Source of the DNA: an uncultured Pseudomonadales bacterium
Lineage (GTDB): Bacteria; Patescibacteriota; Microgenomatia; UBA1400; MFAQ01
Direction: 5' to 3'
Length of the DNA stretch: 55,428 nucleotides
Assembly: GCA_964509695.1 (NCBI GenBank)
Contig: CAZDXN010000003.1
Location: forward strand, 1 to 55,428
Shown: positions 17,439-26,274 of the stretch, in pieces
How the letters are laid out: every line of letters begins with the position of its first letter
Numbering within the stretch: the first letter of the stretch is position 1
Notes under the pieces: generated by a model
What the model was told of the DNA's origin: nothing
The model's input: the letters and a program-made list of their open reading frames with translations, nothing else
Database searches by the model: none
Program-made: the position numbers and the translations under genes

Positions 17439-18785
17439 ATGACAAACTTACATCAAAATCGTCCTTTGTCGGTAGTTAGTCCCGGCGAAACTATTGAGGA
17501 GAAACTAGCTCGTCTTCGCAACAAAGCGTACCTCCCTCCTTCCCCCGCTGTTCCTCAGGCCGCACCACAGGAAGAAGTCGAAGAACTTGGCGGTGATGAC
17601 GACGAGGGAGAACCAGATATGTCAGGCGTGATTGAAAAAGACCGGGGGGGGTTCTTGGACGGCATCTTCGATGCCATCGACGAGAACCTGCCGCGGAACG
17701 CTCCCGACTTCGTCAACAGCAAGACGATCGTGTTCGGCGTGCTGGGAATCGCCGTGTTGTTGCTGATCGTTGGCTTGGTGTTCGCCCTCTCGGGCGGCGG
17801 CCCTTCGAACTCAGCGACGGTGTTACCCTCGGCTACGGCCGTTCCGACCATGGCTCCGGCGCCGACGCCGGTCGATCCGCAAGTACTGCTGGAGCCGGCC
17901 AAGGTCGAAATTAACCTTTTGGCTCGGCCGTTCACTTTGCTGGGGTGGGTGGATCGCTTCCCGTGGTTCCTAGTCACGTTTTTGACTGTGGTACCACTGG
18001 CCCTGATCATGCTGATGGTGTCTGATAGACTATCAGCTCAGGAGTTGACGGACCTGCGAGTGATCGGTATTGGCCTGCTGTTATTGCTCGTTGCGATGAC
18101 CGCGGCAGAGGGGTGGACGGCCCTCTTGCAGAATATGAAGGCCCAGCCCCCGCCCGGCTTTTCTCCCAACACTCTGGTTGTCCTCGGATTGTTGGCAAAC
18201 ATCATTGCCTCGGGGATTGCCTCGTATCAGGGGAAAACCGACTGGACAGGACTGGCTGTCTCGGGGTTCTTCATTCCGGGCGTGTTTCTGGCTGGTTGGT
18301 ATAGCCATGACATGGCCTGGTCAGTTACAGGCTGGGTGATGATGGCCTTGGGGTTGGCAATTGAGATTTTGGAAATCAGCCGTCTTCATCGGACCTTGGC
18401 AGCCGTGATCATCGGTATGGTCGCGATGGTCATGTTTTACGTCGGTATCGGCGTAGGGCTACTCGCCGTTTACGGCGTGGACGCGTTGGCGGTGGCAAAC
18501 TCCGCGGCGTTGATGAACAATACTGCCATGAAGGTGGTTGTTCGCGCTATCCACTCGAGCAGGACGTTGATTGCGGCATTTGTGGGAGCGGCAATCGCGG
18601 TATTCGGGTCGCAACCCTTGGCAATGATTTTCGTCAAGGAGACGACTCGGGCCTACACCACCAACCGTGACTTGAACGATCGGGCATCGGAAACCGCCCG
18701 CTGGGATTCGATGGTCATCGGGGTGATGCTGGTCGCTTTGACGGTGGTCCCCTTGACTGGGTTGATTTTGTCGTTTGCCCAGTAG
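17439..18785 (+). CDS. Polytopic membrane protein (448 aa) with an acidic/proline-rich N-terminus
   Basis: AAGGAGG SD; about 9-10 hydrophobic segments; GC-rich codons. Confidence 0.85.
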   Translation: MTNLHQNRPLSVVSPGETIEEKLARLRNKAYLPPSPAVPQAAPQEEVEELGGDDDEGEPDMSGVIEKDRGGFLDGIFDAIDENLPRNAPDFVNSKTIVFGVLGIAVLLLIVGLVFALSGGGPSNSATVLPSATAVPTMAPAPTPVDPQVLLEPAKVEINLLARPFTLLGWVDRFPWFLVTFLTVVPLALIMLMVSDRLSAQELTDLRVIGIGLLLLLVAMTAAEGWTALLQNMKAQPPPGFSPNTLVVLGLLANIIASGIASYQGKTDWTGLAVSGFFIPGVFLAGWYSHDMAWSVTGWVMMALGLAIEILEISRLHRTLAAVIIGMVAMVMFYVGIGVGLLAVYGVDALAVANSAALMNNTAMKVVVRAIHSSRTLIAAFVGAAIAVFGSQPLAMIFVKETTRAYTTNRDLNDRASETARWDSMVIGVMLVALTVVPLTGLILSFAQ

Positions 18786-18802
18786 GAGCATGGAACAGAT
18801 TT

Positions 18803-18832
18803 TCCCGCTCTCGTCGAAAGACGGGGGCGGGA
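18803..18832 (+). terminator. Stable GAAA-loop hairpin after the membrane-protein gene
   Basis: TCCCGCTCTCGTC-GAAA-GACGGGGGCGGGA; no clear U-tract. Confidence 0.5.
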
Positions 18833-18943
18833 GTTCAAATAAGGGAATTTGAAAAAGTCCCTTTATAGAACTTAGTTGACATGGATAGAATATAGCTATA
18901 AGATATGCGCTAGAAATTTATTATTAAGTAAATTTGGTTCAAA

Positions 18944-20359
18944 ATGGCAAGTGAACGTTGGGATGATGCTAAAGAACAGTTAATAACTGGGCTACAAAAG
19001 GTTGATCGAAATATATACAGGACCTTATTTTTGAGAGGACATCTTTCTTTTGAACCTGCTGTGATTCAGGAGGTTGATGGAGTTGAAGGAAGGCCGAGAA
19101 TGAGAAGGGTTTCTTTACCCTTTACGGTTGACAAGGAGGCATATCCGGCCGTAAATAATTCAAAGGTTTCTCGGAAATTTCCAACGTTCCCGAGGGTTAC
19201 ATTGACCTATTTTGATGGTAATCCTACGATGGCCGGTGATGAGGTGGTGGTTGTCCAAACCCACGGAGACTTTGAGGGGATAAATGTTGGAGTGTCGCCG
19301 GTGCTTGAAAAAGGTGTAGTTTGGTCGATATTTCTTCCGGCAAGGGTTGTGGAACAGGTTCAGATAACAGCAGATGCTACATCTTTGGAAGCGGGCGGGT
19401 CGGTGACCGTTGATGCGAAGTCAGGTAGAAGACTGTTGGGACTAAAAGAATTGAATTCTGTTCCTGTCGAAGAAGCCTTGAAAGCTCAAGCGGATGCTAC
19501 AGCTTATGATATTGCGGCTCACTTTGTGGAAGTTTTGGACAGATCTTCAAGTCCGGGAATCAAGGTTTCGATTGAGGACATGGTAACAGCCATTACGTTA
19601 TTGACAGAGGGGAACCCGATTTTAGCAATGCGTTGGGAGACATTACGAGATCGATTGGAGGTAGCTAGATATGCGATGATGTATCCGGATCTGGTGTCTT
19701 TGGTATTTCAGTCACTGGTTGATTTGTCTGGAGGAGAGGACGGAAACAGCGCTTTCGTTAAATTCACCGATGATCTTCGCTATGGGAAGGCACATACCTG
19801 GAGCCAAATAATGCACCGGATTAATTCGATACCTCAGGTAAGAATTCCTCGGGGAGGTTTGGTGGATTTGACCTATAGAGGTTTATTTACTCAACCAACG
19901 ATGAGCCAGCGCGAAACTGATCAAAATGGCTTTACCAACGTTCCTGCAAGCGTTTTATTGGCAGGTCCCGGTTTGAGAGCCATAAGGGGTAGGTTGGAAT
20001 ACTATTTATCAGAAGGTTTTCAACAGGCACTTGATCAAATTAGCAATGCCGCTCAAGATCGTCAAAAAGCTGCCCTTAAGGTTATGTACACTAGAATAAA
20101 GGCTGAGGAGGCAGGACTAAATAAAATAGCGGAGCAGATGGCGGTAGTTCAAAGAAAAGTAAGGCGTCAGGTGGTTGCGGGAATGGAAAATGTGGCTTCT
20201 GCAATGACGTTACAATTATTGGCCGATTTGGTGGGGATGGATGTTCCAGCCGAAGATGTTGAGAAGTTAATTGGTGCCGGGGCAATTCAACAGGCGATGA
20301 GGAAGGCGGACTTAACTGCGGGTGGTACCCCGGCTGCTTTAAAAGCCGCTAGAAGATAA
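18944..20359 (+). CDS. Hypothetical protein (471 aa) with a coiled-coil-like C-terminus
   Basis: Long ORF; upstream TTGACA-17-TAAGAT. Confidence 0.8.
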   Translation: MASERWDDAKEQLITGLQKVDRNIYRTLFLRGHLSFEPAVIQEVDGVEGRPRMRRVSLPFTVDKEAYPAVNNSKVSRKFPTFPRVTLTYFDGNPTMAGDEVVVVQTHGDFEGINVGVSPVLEKGVVWSIFLPARVVEQVQITADATSLEAGGSVTVDAKSGRRLLGLKELNSVPVEEALKAQADATAYDIAAHFVEVLDRSSSPGIKVSIEDMVTAITLLTEGNPILAMRWETLRDRLEVARYAMMYPDLVSLVFQSLVDLSGGEDGNSAFVKFTDDLRYGKAHTWSQIMHRINSIPQVRIPRGGLVDLTYRGLFTQPTMSQRETDQNGFTNVPASVLLAGPGLRAIRGRLEYYLSEGFQQALDQISNAAQDRQKAALKVMYTRIKAEEAGLNKIAEQMAVVQRKVRRQVVAGMENVASAMTLQLLADLVGMDVPAEDVEKLIGAGAIQQAMRKADLTAGGTPAALKAARR

Positions 20360-21947
20360 CCCTCTTATTTTTACGTGATTTTCTAGTCTTTTGGAGTTTG
20401 AGGGCCAATAGAATGCGAAACCTCTCAGTATCTTTTCTTTCTTTTCTGGTTTTATTGAAGGCAAAGGTTAGGGCTGAAACAAGACTGACGAGTCCAAGGG
20501 CTGACGGTATCGGATATTGATTTAATATAATTCTTAAGATATTTATTCGTTCCCGGGCGTTGTTTTGGGTCGCTTCGGCTAATCTAACGATCTCTCGCCA
20601 GTAGGTGCCGTCGAGAATTGGGGGAATTGAATTGCCCTTGGGATTGACAGCGCCGACGGGGGCGGGGGTAATACCATTGAGACCTTTGGTGAAAGCCAGA
20701 ATTTTGGTTGCCTGGTCGTAACCTTTGTCACCTAGGTTCCAGCCTTGTAAAATAAGTTTTCCGTGACCGTCGTTAACAGCGTACTTTCTGGTTTTGTCGT
20801 TGAGGGGCGCGGTTGCGGAGAAGAGCTGTTTGGCCAGTTGTTCATTTCCTGTAGCAAGAGCGTCAAGTACTCCGATTCGTTTCAACATATGATAGGCTTC
20901 TTGAGCCGATTGGTATGGGTCGTAGATACTTTCTTTGGTCAATTCTGGATCATTGGCCATTTGGATGTCCCAGGTTCCTCTCATAAACTGGTGAGTTCCG
21001 ATGGCGCCGACAGAAGAAATACAGAGGTTGTCGGGAAATCCCCCAATGCCATCTTTCGAGTATTTTTGATTCCAGAAACCGTCTTGAGGACAGTAGGTTC
21101 CTCCCGATTCAGAGATGGTGGTGCCATAGACAAAGACGGCATCTTGATCGGTACCGCCGGCATCATGAACGGCGTCCCAGACTGTTTGATACATATTTAG
21201 ATAATGGCCATTTTCGACCGACCACTTGACGAGGTCAAGAACTTGGACGAAATAGACTTTATCAGTACCAAAAATTGCTGGACTAACATCTGTTTCATAG
21301 GATTTTAGGGAGGCTGGGATTCGATTGGGATCTGAAAAAGCGACTCCAAAATGAAGATGGCGGGGGATTTGACTGCCGTTTTTATCACAATCTGCCTCAA
21401 AGCCCGCACAGGAGGCATTGCCAAGTATTTCGCTTCCGGTGACGATGGAGCCTGTTTGTTTGGGGGGAAGTTGGTCGAGATGATAGACGGTTGAGAAGAT
21501 TCCGACACAAGCACCCATACCTTCGATAACTAAGCCATTCTTACCGGTACCGGACGGATCTGAACCAATCCAGCGAACAATTCCGCCCTCAGGAAAGATG
21601 TTTCCGGCGGCCACTACATTGGGAAGATCGACGGAGGGGTATTCTTTGTTGTTTGTATTGGCATGGATGCCATTCGGTTCGTAGTAGTTTGGCCAGGCGG
21701 GGTTGATATAGGGTTCGATTGGCTGGCCGAATTGAGAGACGGGTCCGATGGTGCAGCCGGGAACGGGCATAGAATTTCTGTCCTGCTCGGGGTTACTCGA
21801 TGAGGCTGATATTGGTTTAACTGGACCGAGCATCATCCCAATAACGGAGACGGTTCTGATCCCATTGCGTAGATAATATTCTAGGCTATACCGAGGCATA
21901 AATTTATTGGAGCTATTATACCCTATAAATATTATATTTTCACCCAA
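20349..21947 (-). CDS. Peptidoglycan hydrolase: M23 peptidase-like plus lytic transglycosylase-like domain, C-terminal TM
   Basis: VYHL..GSIVTGSEILG..HLHFGV (M23); ISESGG..GTHQFMRGTW..IYDPYQS (lysozyme-like). The start may be 21899. Confidence 0.75.
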   Translation of the reverse strand: MGENIIFIGYNSSNKFMPRYSLEYYLRNGIRTVSVIGMMLGPVKPISASSSNPEQDRNSMPVPGCTIGPVSQFGQPIEPYINPAWPNYYEPNGIHANTNNKEYPSVDLPNVVAAGNIFPEGGIVRWIGSDPSGTGKNGLVIEGMGACVGIFSTVYHLDQLPPKQTGSIVTGSEILGNASCAGFEADCDKNGSQIPRHLHFGVAFSDPNRIPASLKSYETDVSPAIFGTDKVYFVQVLDLVKWSVENGHYLNMYQTVWDAVHDAGGTDQDAVFVYGTTISESGGTYCPQDGFWNQKYSKDGIGGFPDNLCISSVGAIGTHQFMRGTWDIQMANDPELTKESIYDPYQSAQEAYHMLKRIGVLDALATGNEQLAKQLFSATAPLNDKTRKYAVNDGHGKLILQGWNLGDKGYDQATKILAFTKGLNGITPAPVGAVNPKGNSIPPILDGTYWREIVRLAEATQNNARERINILRIILNQYPIPSALGLVSLVSALTFAFNKTRKERKDTERFRILLALKLQKTRKSRKNKRVIF

Positions 21948-21964
21948 ATGGTAGGAAAAGATTA

Positions 21965-22900
21965 TTAGAGGCTGGAGAGGTCAAGTTTTACGGATGGGGT
22001 TTGGTTGGCGGTAAGATAGGCAGTGGTGATTTTGGTCAAGCCGATTTCTTTGAGAAGTGCGGTGAGATTGCCGGTCAGTTCGTCAACCTTTTGACTGGTT
22101 TTGCCAAGGCTGACGTGGATGATGGGGAACTTCGGCTCGGTTTTGTAGGTAATCGTAGCCCCGGCGGAGAGCTGTTTGGCCCGGCCTTCTGGGTCGGCAG
22201 TGACTGTGCCGCTCTTGGGATTGGGCATCAGGCCTTTGGGGCCTAGAATCTTGGCGTAGCGAGCTAGTTTGGGCATGTCTGCCGGGGTAGCCAGAAGAAC
22301 ATCGAAGTTAAATTCATTGTTGTTTAGGGCGGTGACGGTTTTGTCGGAGAATATTTCGACGCGAACATTCTTGCCGGTAGAGAAGGGGGTTTTAACTTCA
22401 CCGCGAAGACCGGTGTCGATGACGTTTAGATGAAGGTCGATGGTTCTAGTTCCGCCGGCGAGGGAGATTAGCTTTTCGAGAGCGACTTTTGGAGCCAGAA
22501 CTTCATTACTCTTGATTTTTTTAGCGAGGATTTTGTAGCGCTTCGAGCGGCCGTAGATGTGGCTGGGGTACTTGGCGAAGTGGCTGGTGGAGATTACGGG
22601 TGCGTCATCCTCGCGAACGCGGGGATCCATACTATCTGTATAGATTCCCGATCGGGTCGGGAATGACAAAGTAGATTGCTTCGTGGGTACACTCCCTCCA
22701 GAGGCGGGCTTTGGCGCAATGACGGGGGAGTAGGTGACGTGAACTTTTTCCAGATCGGCATCGGAAAGGCCAAGGGCGAGGAGTTCGCCGTCAGTTTTGG
22801 CGGTGAGCTGTTCGGGCTTGACGCGCTTCTCACGAAGAACCTTAGCGATATTTTCCGGCAAATCTTGATATAGTTCTTTCCAATTCGTTCTAGTTGCCAT
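21965..22900 (-). CDS. rplA: 50S ribosomal protein L1 with a ~115-aa N-terminal extension
   Basis: RGEVKTPFSTGK, FDVLLATP, ILGPKGLMPNPKSGTV; directly downstream of rplK. Confidence 0.95.
   Translation of the reverse strand: MATRTNWKELYQDLPENIAKVLREKRVKPEQLTAKTDGELLALGLSDADLEKVHVTYSPVIAPKPASGGSVPTKQSTLSFPTRSGIYTDSMDPRVREDDAPVISTSHFAKYPSHIYGRSKRYKILAKKIKSNEVLAPKVALEKLISLAGGTRTIDLHLNVIDTGLRGEVKTPFSTGKNVRVEIFSDKTVTALNNNEFNFDVLLATPADMPKLARYAKILGPKGLMPNPKSGTVTADPEGRAKQLSAGATITYKTEPKFPIIHVSLGKTSQKVDELTGNLTALLKEIGLTKITTAYLTANQTPSVKLDLSSL
22604..22723. repeat. 120-bp palindromic elements in-frame inside rplA
   Basis: GTCATCCTCGCGAACGCGGGGATCCAT..TAGATTCCCGATCGGGTCGGGAATGACA plus AGATTGCTTCGTG..GCGCAATGAC. 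Confidence 0.85.
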
Positions 22901-22904
22901 ATGT

Positions 22905-23327
22905 TTAGATTATGTCTACTCCCATTGATCTGGCGGTGCCGATAACCATGTTAACAGCCGATTGTAGATTGGTGGTGTTCATATCGCCCATTTTTTTCTT
23001 GGCGATTTCCTCGACTTGGGCTATGGTCATTTTGCCGACCTTGGTCTTGTGGGGTTCTTTCGAGCCGGCCTTCAGATTGATTGCCTGTTTAATGAGAGCA
23101 GAGACGGGAGGAGTCTTCAATACGAAGGTGAAGGTGCGATCTTCATAGATGGTGACGAGAGCGGGAATGGTCTGACCGCGCATTTCTGCCGTCTTATCAT
23201 TATATTGTTTGACAAACTCCATGATGTTGACACCATGTTGACCCAGAGCAGGTCCGGTTGGAGGAGCGGGGGTGGCCGCACCGGCGGAGAGGTTTAATTT
23301 TAGAACTGCCTTGATTTTCTTGGCCAT
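22905..23327 (-). CDS. rplK: 50S ribosomal protein L11
   Basis: AGAATPAPPTGPALGQHGVNIMEFVKQYN and GTARSMGV; start at MAKKIK (23327). Confidence 0.98.
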   Translation of the reverse strand: MAKKIKAVLKLNLSAGAATPAPPTGPALGQHGVNIMEFVKQYNDKTAEMRGQTIPALVTIYEDRTFTFVLKTPPVSALIKQAINLKAGSKEPHKTKVGKMTIAQVEEIAKKKMGDMNTTNLQSAVNMVIGTARSMGVDII

Positions 23328-23423
23328 ATTTGTATCCAGAGAGCGAAAAGGGTGAAAAGAAAAATTCAATTTCGCGACTTTTCGGTCACTGCCTCGCTTG
23401 TTACCGAGGTTGGACTGAGGAGA

Positions 23424-23867
23424 TTATACCACAGCCGAGTAATCTTTTAGGAGTATTGGCAATGGGGAAAAGTTTATTTTGCGAACCAACTTTTCATCTG
23501 AGGTAATTAGACCTATGTTGTTGACGTGGGAGAGGGTGACGTAGGCGCTGTCATAAACCGAGATTTGGAACTTGGTCGCGTTTTGGAGACACTCGGGGAG
23601 AAGATCGTCCATTGGAAAGGTCTCCGGTTTGGATTTTACCAGTAGGTGAAGTAATGATAGTCCCTTGTTTGTGTCGATTCGGTGTCTGGAGATAGCGCTT
23701 TTGATTCCGTTTGCTATTTCATAAGACCAGAGTGATGGCGCTATCAGAACGATTTTCCCAGAAAGATAGTCTTTTTGGAGGCTGAGGGACTGGTTCGAAT
23801 ATATTTCGTCTTCGAAAATCCACTTTAAACAGGTAGAGGCATCAACGACATATGTTGGCTTGGTCAT
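23424..23867 (-). CDS. PIN-domain toxin (VapC-like)
   Basis: YVVDASTCLKW, YEIANG, SVYDSAYV and LITSDEKL. Confidence 0.92.
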   Translation of the reverse strand: MTKPTYVVDASTCLKWIFEDEIYSNQSLSLQKDYLSGKIVLIAPSLWSYEIANGIKSAISRHRIDTNKGLSLLHLLVKSKPETFPMDDLLPECLQNATKFQISVYDSAYVTLSHVNNIGLITSDEKLVRKINFSPLPILLKDYSAVV

Positions 23868-23868
23868 T

Positions 23869-24108
23869 TCAGATTTTTCTGCCTTCGGCGATTAAGTCTG
23901 GGGTAGGAACGTCGATCTTGATTCTGGACTTTACCATGAGACGAAAAAGATCGAGTCGATCCTTGATGGCTGTCGTCTTGGAGAGGCGATATTGGGAAAC
24001 TGCATCTCGGACGATTCGAGCGATACTTCGTTTTTTTAGGAAGGCGAGTTCCCTAAGGGCTTGGTAATCTTCGGGAGAAAAGCGAATGTTTGTGGCAACT
24101 GTTTGCAT
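23869..24108 (-). CDS. CopG/RHH antitoxin
   Basis: ATNIRFSPEDYQALRELAFLKKRSIARIVRDAV; TTGACA-17-TATCAT-6-ATG with TACCATGGTA palindromes. Confidence 0.88.
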   Translation of the reverse strand: MQTVATNIRFSPEDYQALRELAFLKKRSIARIVRDAVSQYRLSKTTAIKDRLDLFRLMVKSRIKIDVPTPDLIAEGRKI

Positions 24109-24153
24109 GGTACCATGATACCATGGTATTGACTTTCTGTCAATTTACGGTGG

Positions 24154-24510
24154 CTAGCGGGTGGCGGGGAGGGTGGCCGCACAAATGCCGGATTTGATAG
24201 GCAGAGCGTTGGCTTTTCTGGCTTCACATTCGGAGGCGTAGGTAATGTCGGTTCTGGTACTGCAGACGGGCTTGTAGAGATCAGGGCAGACTGATTCGGG
24301 AGATTTGGTGGGGAGGGGAACTTTGGTGGGAGTGAGGATGACGGGGGCGGCTTTGCCGCGGATATCGAAGAGGCTGCCTTGGGGGAAGAAAATGACGGCC
24401 CCGACCAATGCTAGCAAAACTAATAGCACCGGCAGAGCCATGATGAGAGTTTCCGAGGGAGAAGAATCCTTCATTGACTCCAATATGGCAGAAAACTGAG
24501 AAAAGGTCAA
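24154..24510 (-). CDS. Membrane-anchored protein with an atypical Kazal-type domain
   Basis: TM helix, Pro/Thr linker, then CPDLYKPVC..TYASEC..GIC. Confidence 0.75.
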   Translation of the reverse strand: MTFSQFSAILESMKDSSPSETLIMALPVLLVLLALVGAVIFFPQGSLFDIRGKAAPVILTPTKVPLPTKSPESVCPDLYKPVCSTRTDITYASECEARKANALPIKSGICAATLPATR

Positions 24511-24521
24511 TAAAAAGTTGG

Positions 24522-24833
24522 TTAGAGAATCCTGACTCCAGTTCGTCTGATTTCGTTGGCGAGATCGTTGTTTGGATCGTTGAATTCTTCGATAGACATG
24601 GGGTGTGGTTCGATATTTTCGTTCATATCACTGGCGATGAGCATGAGTTTGGTCATCTCCGCAATTCGGTCTTTGCCGTAATTGGGTGAAACAATACATA
24701 CATCGTAGTCACTCCATTTGTGACCAGTTCCTTTAGCCCTTGAGCCAAAAAAATAAACTCCGTTTATGTTTGGTTCCGAGTTTTTTAGTCGGCTGAGATA
24801 TCGATTGATGATTTGAGAGTCTTGATTGTTCAT
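24522..24833 (-). CDS. Minimal nucleotidyltransferase (MNT)
   Basis: YFFGSRAKG..WSDYDV and IEPHP. Confidence 0.92.
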   Translation of the reverse strand: MNNQDSQIINRYLSRLKNSEPNINGVYFFGSRAKGTGHKWSDYDVCIVSPNYGKDRIAEMTKLMLIASDMNENIEPHPMSIEEFNDPNNDLANEIRRTGVRIL

Positions 24834-25216
24834 AAAAATGATCTAACCTTGTTGGCCAGATTCTGGCAAGTTCTTGTCCAGACTGAAGCGTATTCCTGAG
24901 TGGCTTTGTAATAGAATGATCGCTTGTAGTCGTCGTACCGCGCACTGATATTGAAGGAGGTAATTTCAATTAGCTGAGTGATTTCTTCTGGGGACAACTC
25001 TAAGTTGGTATTTTTGGAGAGAGTTTTTAGATCGTGAATTGATGGAACTTCTTTGTTATTTTTTGTAATTATCGCTTTAAGGAGTTTTTCAATTACTAGA
25101 TGCCAGAGAAAGAGACACCAGTCATATTTTCCCGAATCAAAAAGTTTTTGGGCTGCCTCTTCGTCGTTTTTTGCGCTATCGATCCAGTATTGTAGCTTTT
25201 CTTCTTGACTGACCAT
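24830..25216 (-). CDS. HEPN domain protein
   Basis: AQKLFDSGKYDWCLFLWHLVIEKLLKA, IHDLKTL and NISARY; paired with the MNT gene. Confidence 0.92.
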   Translation of the reverse strand: MVSQEEKLQYWIDSAKNDEEAAQKLFDSGKYDWCLFLWHLVIEKLLKAIITKNNKEVPSIHDLKTLSKNTNLELSPEEITQLIEITSFNISARYDDYKRSFYYKATQEYASVWTRTCQNLANKVRSFL

Positions 25217-25239
25217 GATTCGATTCTAGCATAGAAGGG

Positions 25240-25812
25240 CTAGATTTTAGAAACTTGCAGGAAGTCGAGCTCTACCGGGGTTTCGCGGCCGAAGATGCTG
25301 ACGAGAACCTCGACCTTGCCTTTGGCCTCGTCGATGGTGCGAACAGTTCCAAGCAAGTCGGTAAATGGTCCTTCGATGATCTTGACGGCTTCACCAAGAG
25401 AGAAGGCGGCTTGGAATTTCGGTGCGGCCTGCAGAGCAAAGGCGAGGATAGCGTCAACTTCTTTTTGAGGGATGGGGGTGGGGTTATTGCCGGTGCCGAC
25501 GAAACCAGTGACTCCTTGGGTGGTGCGGACGGCTAGCCAAGAATTATCGGTGACAATCATCTTCACGAGCATGTAGCCGGGGAAGATCTTCTCTTTGATG
25601 GTGCTTTTCTTGCCTTTGCTGATTTTGATCTTGTCTTGGGTGGGAATGAGAATCTCGTAGACGTAATCGGTCAGACCCATGGACTCGACCTTGGTTTGGA
25701 GGGTATGGGCGGTTCTGGTCTCATGACCGGAGTAGGTGTGAACGACGTACCACTTGGCGCTGGCTGAGTCGTTGGGGTTGACGATGAGATGATTTTGATT
25801 TTCTTCGGCCAT
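25240..25812 (-). CDS. nusG: Transcription termination/antitermination factor NusG
   Basis: WYVVHTYSGHE, FPGYMLV, GVTGFVG, KOW GEAVKIIEGPF and FGRETPVELDF. Confidence 0.98.
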   Translation of the reverse strand: MAEENQNHLIVNPNDSASAKWYVVHTYSGHETRTAHTLQTKVESMGLTDYVYEILIPTQDKIKISKGKKSTIKEKIFPGYMLVKMIVTDNSWLAVRTTQGVTGFVGTGNNPTPIPQKEVDAILAFALQAAPKFQAAFSLGEAVKIIEGPFTDLLGTVRTIDEAKGKVEVLVSIFGRETPVELDFLQVSKI

Positions 25813-25818
25813 TTTGTT

Positions 25819-26025
25819 TTATCGGTTTATGATGCGGCTGACTAGTGATGTAAAAGCTAAATCCAGGCCGCCAATGTAGAGGGCGACAAAGAGACTAACG
25901 AGGATGACGAGGACGGTTAGCCTGATTGTTTCCTGGCGGGTTGGCCATTTTACAGACGCTAATTCTACCAAAACTTCACGTATGAATTCAACTGGTCCGG
26001 TAAATCCGGTCTTTTTGTCAGACAT
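25819..26025 (-). CDS. secE: Preprotein translocase subunit SecE
   Basis: FIREVLVELASVKWPTRQET plus a TM helix; start MSDKK after TAAAAT. Confidence 0.95.
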   Translation of the reverse strand: MSDKKTGFTGPVEFIREVLVELASVKWPTRQETIRLTVLVILVSLFVALYIGGLDLAFTSLVSRIINR

Positions 26026-26087
26026 TGAGGTATATTTTACCACGCTCGGGAGGATAGTGGGGTCTTGCTATTGTCGGTATAATTAAT

Positions 26088-26253
26088 GTAGGCCCTGCCG
26101 AAGGCGCAACAAAAAAACGACTTGGGAGGTTTTTCCTCCACAAGATCTTTTATAGGGAAGCGACGTCCCGAAAGGGTAGCTTACCCGTCCTGATAATTCG
26201 GGGAAAGATCCTAAGTCCATATTTGCGTCAAGGTGGGGCCACCGCGGTTTTTT
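26088..26253 (+). ncRNA. Candidate rod-shaped ncRNA, 6S-RNA-like
   Basis: TATAAT 26078-83 just upstream; closing stem 26088-96 with 26235-42; 18-bp helix 26119-38 with 26200-17; apical CCC-GAAA-GGG; 3' U-tract. Confidence 0.5.
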
Positions 26254-26274
26254 GATTCCTGATAGAATCATCTC

